From positions 30,814,001-30,878,000 of the forward strand of contig OX597830.1 of assembly GCA_951406725.2 (NCBI GenBank): DNA of 64,000 bases. The letters are read 5' to 3'. The notes beneath the pieces were generated by a model. It made no database searches. It worked only from the letters and a program-made list of their open reading frames with translations, and was not told the DNA's origin. The position numbers and the translations under genes were made by a program. Positions 53,931 through 64,000 of this stretch are shown piece after piece (the stretch's first letter is position 1; every line of letters begins with the position of its first letter). The DNA is from Octopus vulgaris. Lineage: Eukaryota.

Positions 53931-54002
53931 TACTTTAAATTAAAAGGGAAGAACATACATACGGACATACATATAAATATATGCATACATGTAATATATA
54001 TA

Positions 54003-54230
54003 TACGAGCAAAACGCCTCCATCCAATGGACGGTGCTGATGTACTTGTGCGTACAAATGCACGTTCCCACGGCTTTATCGATCGCATCCTCACCTGGAAT
54101 CGATTTTTGTAAATTTGTTCAAGACATATACACACCCTGATACCGTCGGTATCTACATATCAAATTTGAGCGCAATCGGATGGAGGATGCCGAGATCTTA
54201 GAAGACACACAGACAGAACGGATTTTATAT

Positions 54231-54235
<5 letters not shown>
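54003..54235 (+). mobile_element. Possible non-autonomous Helitron-like repeat
   Basis: 3' architecture CAAATTTGAGCGCAATCGG...ACACACAGACAGA...TTTTATAT is like Lep1-type Helitron derivatives (recognised from memory only). Confidence 0.4.
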
Positions 54236-54275
<40 letters not shown>

Positions 54276-54651
54276 TACTGTAAATTTAGGATGAATACTT
54301 GATAAGTGTAAGCACCTGTATACGCCAGCTAGTGGCATGTATATGTAACTATTTATTTGTGTGTGTGTGCACGTATTTAGGTATGCTTAGAACTTTCCCC
54401 TCTACTAAATGGTTTCCTTGGTATGCATAGTAACAATATTTCGTTTAACACTAAGCCTCGATTGTTATTGCTCCCTTGTCTTTTGTCGATGTCTTGTTCG
54501 TAGTCGTATTTATACTAAACCCTCAGATGGACACGAACTCAAAACCCCAATATTTCTGAGATTCAATTAATAACACTGTTACCCACGAGGCCACTGCTGC
54601 ATGTCTTTAATCTATATTTTAATATATACGCCCTTCTACCCCTAATTTCAA

Positions 54652-54697
<46 letters not shown>

Positions 54698-55009
54698 ACA
54701 CCAAGATACGCGTTCGCAAAAAAATTATGAACGCACGAAGGAATGCACTTTCACAAAAACAATGAGAAGTAAAGTACAAAAAAAATATAAAAATAAAAAG
54801 GTTATGAAAGACAATAAAGAAGATATATGAGAATCTAATTCTTGAACGCTGATCTCAGACGGAACGGTCTATTCCATAAAGCACCATATACCACTTACCT
54901 CAATAGCACATGGTTTATGGCCGAGCAATGTCTAAATGTCTACGTCCGTGAAAATCAGCAATTTAGATATACAGGAATACGCGCATCGTCTAATCTCCTC
55001 CATATGTGC

Positions 55010-55099
55010 ATATGAATATATATATATACACACGTATATACATACATCACAACACAATCATACACACACACACACACACATACATATATAAATATACAT

Positions 55100-55141
<42 letters not shown>

Positions 55142-55176
55142 ACGTACATTCAAATATATATACATATACATACATA

Positions 55177-55222
<46 letters not shown>

Positions 55223-55291
55223 TATATATATATATATACATACATAAATATATATATATATATATATATATACATACACACACACACACGC

Positions 55292-55328
<37 letters not shown>

Positions 55329-55451
55329 TGTATGTATATATGTATGTATGTATATATATATTCGCATATGTATATATATATATATAAATATATATATACC
55401 TGTGTCCTTTTGGTGTATGTTGTACGTGTGCGTATGTACGTATGTGTATGC

Positions 55452-55513
<62 letters not shown>

Positions 55514-55522
55514 TTGTGTGTG

Positions 55523-55554
<32 letters not shown>

Positions 55555-55560
55555 CACGCG
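55010..55560. repeat. (TA)n/(CA)n/(GT)n compound microsatellite
   Basis: Direct reading. Confidence 0.9.
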
Positions 55561-56066
55561 TGCTTGTGTGCGTGCTTGCACCGAATTTCCTTTGCGGTTG
55601 CAACATTGAGAGCATCGGAGATAGATCTTCAATGGCACCAAATTAGGTACGATTCCTTCCAGTAATATATCTTTCATCACAGAGCCAGTCAGTTGTTGTT
55701 ATGTTTATAGTTTTATGTGCGCGTACGTGCGCACGTCTGTGTGTGTGTGTATGTTGCGATGTGTGTGCATGTGTGTGTGTGTGTGTGTGTGAGTGAGTGT
55801 TTGTGTGATATCTTAGACATATCTAATGTTCTTTTCAGATATAACAAGCTTTGTAAAATGGCCCAAAGAACAGCACCCTCCTTCATCTAGAACTTGGCCT
55901 TCAGCTTTTACGAAGCTATTATATTTTTATCATATTTTTTTGTTATTTTTATCGATATTAGAATTGACTTTGCTGTTGTTTGTTTGTGTGTGTGTGTGTG
56001 TGTGTTACCTATTTCCAAATACACACACAAACACACGTATTTATATACACACATAAATGTATTATA

Positions 56067-56101
<35 letters not shown>

Positions 56102-56183
56102 CGTGTGTGTTTGTGTGTGTATATGCATGTATATTTTTACTTTTATACATGTGCATATTTTGTGCTGTACTTTGTATCTTTTC

Positions 56184-56221
<38 letters not shown>

Positions 56222-56285
56222 TGTAATGTACATGCACGGACACTTCATAAATGAAAAGAATTGCTTCGATTTGCACCCGATCGTG

Positions 56286-56324
56286 ATCATCATGATCACC
56301 ACCATCACCGCCACCATCGTCAGT

Positions 56325-56386
<62 letters not shown>

Positions 56387-56394
56387 TATCATCA

Positions 56395-56426
<32 letters not shown>
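56286..56426. repeat. (CAT)n(CGT)n triplet repeat
   Basis: Direct reading. Confidence 0.95.
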
Positions 56427-56428
<2 letters not shown>

Positions 56429-56759
56429 AGTCATTAGTGTCACTCTATAACTTTTCTATACCGAGATGACATTGAAGCAGTGTCTCAGTGTTGCCTGGAG
56501 ATAATCGCTCTTTTAGAGAAAAGTAAAAGAAAAACCTCAAAAAAAAAAAATGAAAAAAAAAAAAAATGGAAGAAAAAGGGAGAAGAGGGAGAAACACAGA
56601 GAAAGATCTGAGATACCTTGAAAGAGTAATCAAAGACACAGTGTATCGGGTATTTTGAGGAAGCGGTGTTGTAATGGCCTGGAAAGGATATATATCAGTC
56701 TCTGTATATGCATGTTCGGTGTGTGCACGTCTCGCCTAATGTTTAAGCATGTCTACACA

Positions 56760-56855
<96 letters not shown>

Positions 56856-56951
56856 TATACATATATATATATATATATATATATTCATATACATATATAT
56901 ATATATATATGTATCCATAAATACATATACATACATATATATATATGTATG

Positions 56952-57014
<63 letters not shown>

Positions 57015-57278
57015 ATTATGTACTGATAAACGTATAATCGTGTATGCGATAAAAAGTGCTAGGTATGGCCATCTTTTTCCTTTGTGGGGGGTTTTTTTAT
57101 GTTGTTGTGGTTGTTTGTTTATTTTTCGCATTGTCCAATGTGTTTAACATGTAAAGATTTGGTTGCTAGCTCTGGTAAGTCAAACGACCATGTTGAAGCT
57201 GCCTTGTCGGCTTCAAGATACAACAACATGCACAAATACATTTATACATACGCATGTTTGTGTGTATACATACATACT

Positions 57279-57315
<37 letters not shown>

Positions 57316-57445
57316 CACACATGAATGAATGTAATTTACATTTTTACATACATGCGTATACGTTTGCAATTATCATAAATGTATAATTCCTCTGTGTGCG
57401 TGTATGTGTTTGTGTGTGTGTATGTGTGTGTGTGTGTATGTGTGT

Positions 57446-57480
<35 letters not shown>

Positions 57481-57944
57481 TTGTGTGTGTGTATGTGTGT
57501 GTGTGTGTGCAACGTACTTAGCATATGATTTATGTATTTTCGTATACATGCGTACGTGTGCACGTGGGTGAGAAAGAAAGAGAGAGAGAGAGAGGAGAAA
57601 TAAGAAACGATGAAAGATGGCAAGAGAGAGACAGGTAAACAGACAGACGAACAGACAGACAAAGGAGTTAAGTGGAAAGAAGTAGATAGCGGTAAAAATG
57701 ACATGATAGTCAGGTTTAGATAAAAGTGGAAGTACTTAGAGTAAATACAAAAAAAAAAAACAAGAAACAACAAAAAAAACAAAAAATATAAAGGAAATAT
57801 TTGATGCCGAAGTCTTAAAGTAAACATCAGGCACCCCCCCCCCCCATCACCGCCAACAGCATCTCCATCACAACCACCAGCATCATCATAACCCATGGCA
57901 TACTTCTCTACCCCTTCCAATCTCGGCCTCTTGCCCCCCCTCTC

Positions 57945-58170
57945 ATCAATATCATTATCATCACAACCACCATCATCGACACCAGCATCATCGCTATGAT
58001 GGTTTTCACTGCCATCATCATCATCATCATCGTCGTCATGACCAACATTATCGTTGTCGTCGTCGTCATCATCATCATCATCATCTTTGTTGTCATCGTC
58101 ATTATCGTCGTCGTCGTCGTCGTCATCGTCATCATCATTATCATCGCCCTCGTCATCATTGTCACCAACG
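57945..58170. repeat. (CAT/CGT)n low-complexity tract
   Basis: Direct reading; source of the poly-D stretch in the 353-aa ORF. Confidence 0.9.
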
Positions 58171-58674
58171 TTATCAAGAAACCCCGGCAATAAAGAGTAA
58201 AAGTAACACTGGTCACCCACCCAGATACCCACCTCCTGCATAAATGTTACCCCGCAAAAAAAAAAAGAAAATGCAAACAAAAAATTAAAAAATTGAGATA
58301 CAGAGCCAAAAAAAACAAATATGAAAGTAAAACAGCAAAGAAATAGAAAAAAAACAAAGTCACTCTTCTTCAAACACACACACATACAAACATTCACATA
58401 TCAAATAACATCAAACACACACACACACACACACTGACTTCTAGAGCTCCAAGATGGCAGAAAGTTGTGAAGATGACATGAGGCTTGTAAAGAAAAAGAA
58501 CAAAAAGAGAAAGAGACGTTAAACCGGAAGCGAAAACCTATTCTTTCGTAACCAATCAAGATAGGCGACGTCGAATGATAAATAAAAGACGGACAACACA
58601 ACTTTGACCATAAAATCCAGAAAAGATTGGTTTTTGATAGAAAGAGAAGTTGAAACAGAGAAATAGAGAGAGGA

Positions 58675-58725
<51 letters not shown>

Positions 58726-58977
58726 CAGAGAGGAAAAGAGACAGAGATAATGTCAAAGAATTGTGCAGGAGTTGCACGCATACATACACACAAATATACG
58801 CACATACACACACACACATACACACAATCATATACACACAGAGACACACAACGACATACTCTCAAGAGTTTGCACGTACAAATAAATGCACAAACATTCC
58901 AATATATATAAATAAATATACATACACAAACATTCAAGATATATATAAATATACATACATACATGTAATATACATAC

Positions 58978-59030
<53 letters not shown>

Positions 59031-59152
59031 TATATACATATATATATATATACATATATACATATATACATATATACATATATATATATATACATATATA
59101 CATATATACATATATACATATATACATATATATATATACATATATATATATG

Positions 59153-59196
<44 letters not shown>

Positions 59197-59735
59197 CATG
59201 CATACATGCATGCATAGATACATTCATATATGCATAGATATATATGTGTGTATATATATATCCGGACACAAATGCATATGATCTCACACACACACACAAA
59301 CACTCACACTCACTCACACTCACTCAGACACACAAATACATGTACACACGAATAAACACACAGAACGTGTGGCGGCTGCGGCGGCGGCGGCGGTGGCGGC
59401 GGTGGTGGTGGTGGTGGTGGTGGTGGTGGTGGTGGTGGTGGTGGTGGTAGGGAAGAATGAATAAGAAAAAGGACAAAAACAGAAATCACGTTTCTTGAAA
59501 GATAGTGGTCAGTTTTATATCAAAAGAAAAGAAAAGAAAGTAAAAAAGAAAAAAAAAAAATGTCTGATGACTTGTAAATGGCAAACAACAAAGTGATGTG
59601 ACTCCATCTTTATCGAAATCTTTGTTGTCCATGACATCGTCTCTTTTTCCTCCATTCTTTTTGCTTTCTTTTTGTTATTCCATACAGCAATTGTGTAGTA
59701 TCAGCGGCGGTGATGGTGGTGTCGATAGTAGTAGC

Positions 59736-59788
<53 letters not shown>

Positions 59789-60473
59789 CGTGGGTGGTAA
59801 CGGTGGTAGTATTGTTTCTTTTTTTTTCCTTGTTCGCTGTTGTACAATATCGCCAGTCGTTTGTGCATGCTGTAGGTATTTCGTCGTCGCCATAACTTCA
59901 CAGTAGTTTCTCGCCATTGTCTTTTGCTGGCTTTTTGTTGTATGTTTGTTTAAAAAAAGTTTTTTTTCTGTTGCTACCACCGTCACTGACGGTAGTGGTA
60001 ATGGTGGTGATGGTGGTGCTATTCTGTTGTTGTTGCTCTTGTAATTTTCTGTTGTTGTTGCTGTTTTATCTGTAAGTTCTTCGTTGGTGCATGATTTGGT
60101 TTTGTTTTTGCTTTTTTGTTTTTTGTTTTGTTTTTTTTTCACTGATTTTTGATGCTGTGAACGTTGTTACCTTTCTACTTTTTCTTTAATCGTCACCATC
60201 TCTATGTTCAATATCGACTGCAACATCAGCTCCACCATCACCACCAATACTACAAACACCGAAACCACTGCCATGTACGCATATGATATGCATGTATGTA
60301 TAAGTATGTATGCATATATGCATTTATGTACGTGTATATGAATGAATATGAATGCATGTGAGTACACCAGCATATATATATGCCTACGTAAATGTGTGCA
60401 TACATCTAAATTTGAATGTCTGCTTATGTATTTATTCATATATGAGTGTATGCATATATATACAGATAGATAA

Positions 60474-60551
<78 letters not shown>

Positions 60552-60904
60552 TCTTTTATTCGTTTCAGTCTTTTGACTGCGGTCATGCTGGAGCACATTT
60601 AGACGAACAAATCAACCCCAAGACTTATTCTTCGTAAGCCTAGTACGAACTCTATCGGACCCTTTCACCAGACCTCTAAGTTACGGGGACGTAAGCACAC
60701 CAACATCGGTTGTCAAGTGACGATGGCGGGAAAACACAGATATATATATATATATGACAGGCTTCTTTCAGTTTCCGTCTACCAAATCCACTCACAAGGC
60801 TTTGGTCGGCCCGAGGCTTTAGTAGAAGACACTTGCCCAAGGTGCCACGCAGTGAGACTGAACTCGGAACCATGTGGTTGATAAGCAAGCTACTTATCAC
60901 ACAG

Positions 60905-60908
<4 letters not shown>
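60552..60908 (-). mobile_element. SINE family B, full length
   Basis: Family B similarity. Confidence 0.9.
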
Positions 60909-60979
<71 letters not shown>

Positions 60980-61349
60980 GGAGAAATATAAAAATATATA
61001 AAAGGAGTAAAAATACTGGAGATTCAGTATACACCACGTGGCAAAATTATGAGTTGAAAATATGTGGAAAACATAAAAAGTGGAAGAGAAATGCCCTCGT
61101 TTCACATAATTTAATATCTTTTTATAAGGAATTTCTTTTCAAATATATACATATTTTATGGATGTAGCGATACCCAACTAGTTTTCGCTATTTAAATTAG
61201 CTTTTCAAGGAGCGTTGTGAAGTAATCAATTCTTGTGACAAAGAGGTCTTGCCATTTTTGAATGCTTGAAATATAAGAATGAGTCTAGAGAGTGGGCCAA
61301 TGGAGGTAAAAGGTGGCAAAGGGGACAACTAACTCATCAGCATAAATTT

Positions 61350-62085
61350 TAAAGTGGTGTAGTTTGTATATTAAGGTGTGGTCTGTACTTTTCTATGAAC
61401 AGATATTCCTTGTTTAGGCGTTCTTGTAATGAGAATCAATCTTTGCATTGGTATAATGGAAAGATATGGAAATTCGGCGTTTTATTTCTTGCGCATCTGT
61501 CGATATGTTCACTCAAGGCTATCTGCCTGTATTGAGGAAACGAATCTGTTCTTTATGCAACGTGACTCTGCGTCTCAAAGTAAGGCTCGTTTGGCCGACA
61601 TAGTTGTGGCCACAACCTGAGCAGGTTAGGACATAGATAAGGTTCTGGGAAGCACATGTGAAGTTGGTCATAATTGAGAATGTTTCTCCTTGCTGGAATG
61701 TGAATTCTGAGATTTCAGTTAGGTATAGGCATGTACCACAATAAGGTCGTCTGCATTTTTTAACTGCTGGTATCGTATGCATTGAGTATAGTTTTGCATT
61801 TGTTAGGAGTCTCTTGAGTGATTTGTGTTGTCATTTGCATTTGAGGAGTTTATGTGTATTTAGGATGTTGTTCATTTTCGGGTCTAGGGTGAGCAGAGGG
61901 AGATTTTGTATAATTGTGTTGTATGCTTCATTGTTTCTGGGGTTCTGGGTTGATATGTATGGAAGTGATTTAAGGTGAGGTGTGGTGTTTTGTACTTATG
62001 TCCTTAGTGTGTTTGTGTCCAATTTCTTGGCACGTTCAATTCTATGGTCTATAAGTGCGGATGGGTATTGACGTTCAATGAGTGT
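61350..62085 (-). mobile_element. Penelope-like element 3' half: linker plus GIY-YIG endonuclease (decayed)
   Basis: LIERQYPSALI...LPYISTQNP...KSLKRLLTNAKL...KKCRRPYCGTC...FTCASQNLIYVLTCSGCGHNYVGQTSLTLRRRVTLH...KEYLFIEKYRPHLN; stops and frameshifts present. Confidence 0.9.
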
Positions 62086-62390
62086 ATTGCGATGGGAACG
62101 AAAGCAGCGCCCGTCCTTGCGAACCTAATAATGAGTTTCTTTGAATCTACACTATATGATCTTTCGCTCCAAAAATTTGAACCCCCATTTCACCAGTATA
62201 TAAGAGAAAACTGGAAAAGGTACCTAGATGATTGCTTTATTATGTGGAATGAAACCTATGATAAACTCCTGGATTTCGAAACCACACTGAACAATATAAA
62301 CTCCAATATTCAATTCACAATGGAATATAGCAAGGAACAGTTCCCATTTCTAGACATTTTGATTATAAAAAATCCAACAATCAAATCGCA
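62086..62390 (+). mobile_element. Penelope-like RT fragment (inverted relative to the endonuclease half)
   Basis: IAMGTKAAPVLANLIM...WKRYLDDCFIMW...IQFTME...FPFLDILI: PLE RT motifs (AMG..AP..ANL.M, RYxDD, I.FT.E, FLD). Confidence 0.9.
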
Positions 62391-64000
62391 AATAGTAATT
62401 AAATATATTCAATTATTCTTAACCAGTTCCCTTTCTACAGGTATGTAAATAAAAACAAGACTTCACTTTAATATAGGTTTAAATTCTTGAACGGTATGTT
62501 CAGGAACAGAATATATGAATGAATGATTGGAAATCAAAGTTCTAGTAAAGACACCTTTTGAAAGGCTTTCATCCACGAAGCTTTGGTCAGTGCGAAACTA
62601 TGGTGGTAGACAACCTTCTCAAAGTGCTGTACAATGAGATCAGACAAGGGACCTTGTGATTACAAAGCGAAGTGAAAGTCTGCTTTACATTACATAGTAC
62701 CATTTGAAGTGGAAAGCTCGTTGTTTCATTGGTAGAATCATTCTATCATCCGGTTTAATATAATCACTTGGCCTTTGGATGCTTTAAAGGAGAACTCACT
62801 GTCGTAGCCATTCGGGGAACATCTGCAGATAACTTGAGAAAATTTCCCTCTACTAGTCTTCTCCCTTAGAGTCCCTTAAAAGAGTAATAATCTTCTTTCC
62901 TACCAAAAGCTGTAAAAAATTAACAGTCTTTGAGATTGATATCAGGAATTTATTTATTTATTTTCCATAGATAACGGTGGTTTCAACAGTCAAAACAAGC
63001 AAGACATGTCGTTTTAGAAACTTTTATTTCCAAACCCGACCCACCCCCACCACCTATCGTATGCGCCAGCTAAGTAAGTCATGTGCTTTACACTTAACTT
63101 GAATAAATACCAAAAGAAGCTCTGGGCTGAGCTGTTTTTTTCTTTTTGAAGACGTCTTAACGAGAATGTAGCCCGATATCCTTCTTTACTGTGGGAGACG
63201 CGATAATACTGATAAGTTAGTACAGCGTTTTATCGTGTTAACAAATGTTTGTGTTTATTTCATAATGGAGTATAGAGTTGCATTAGTTAAAAGAGGAGGT
63301 CGCATTTGGTGCGCGGGGAGAGGTTTAGAAACATAATACAACGGAAATGTTTTCATCCGGATTTCACTGCCTAAATAGCTGACTATTGTTGAATTACTTG
63401 GAAATCCCGGATTACAATGAAACGATAAATGATAATTTTTCTGCTCCAATACAAATATCGAAAAGGATAAAATTTCCATCTCATAAAATGTAGAATAAAA
63501 CTTAATACGAGGAATGCTACACCCACCAATATTTCTAGTGGCACTGATACAAGTACACTGTGACCGATGTAATTGGTATATACTGCCCCACCTCGAAATA
63601 GCTGACCTTGTGCCAAAACTTTAAACTAATGTTACAAGTGTGTGTGTGGGGGGGTACGACGTGGTTTTAAGTCCAATGTACATCGTCACCTATTGACTTT
63701 TGTCTAGCGTCCATTTTATTCTAGTAGCTCTTACGTTTTCAGTGGTCTAAGGACCCTATAATGAGCGAATGCTAAAAAAAAAAAAATAAAAGAAGACCTG
63801 CTCAGTGGCTTACCTCGGCTAGATGCAGCCCTTGTCTTTGCGGTTTCCTTCTCTCGGGTTCCGAGCTTAAGTGAGTTTCTAAAGTGCCGCCCCCATCAAA
63901 ATGAATCACTCGGGGAAGAGTGCTTGTTGTCACTCCCACCCTTAGCAACGCTATTGTGTCTGCTATAAATAGCAACCAAATCACATTCAAACCACACCTT

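Noticed and set aside
57336-58397. 353-aa ORF with poly-D and a KRPR motif
   Set aside because: It is built from (CAT/CGT)n, poly-T and (CA)n tracts that lack stops by composition; no domain signal.
58401-59303. 300-aa ORF and the many other YI/CV/HT-repeat ORFs
   Set aside because: Translations of dinucleotide and tetranucleotide microsatellites.

Overview
This is a eukaryotic, AT-rich, extremely microsatellite-dense window with no confidently identifiable intact protein-coding gene. The repeat repertoire ((TA)n, (CA)n, (GATA)n, (TATG)n and triplet tracts plus several abundant tRNA-derived SINE families) strongly resembles Octopus (cephalopod) intronic or intergenic DNA; this is an inference. 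Nearly all ORFs in the supplied track are translations of microsatellites. The protein-coding signal that can be recognised is all from decayed retrotransposons: R4/Dong-like RLE LINE pieces (7105-8630 -, 53585-53930 +), a CRE-clade RLE piece (10100-10590 +), an RTE piece (15510-16070 -), a very degenerate RT (12300-12870 +), and a Penelope-like element (PLE) whose RT and GIY-YIG halves lie on opposite strands (61350-62390). Short hAT-type and Tc2/pogo-type MITEs and long fold-back elements are also present. The most interesting signal is a recurring set of minimal type I hammerhead-ribozyme (HHR) motifs of the PLE type. One sits in a 420-bp non-coding element (47798-48219) that combines a Pol III tRNA-like head, an (AAT)n tract, an HHR-bearing tail, an inverted copy of that tail and a 13-bp target-site duplication. 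It is a candidate Penelope-mobilised, ribozyme-carrying SINE. All coordinates were read by eye, and repeat boundaries are approximate unless TIRs or TSDs are quoted.
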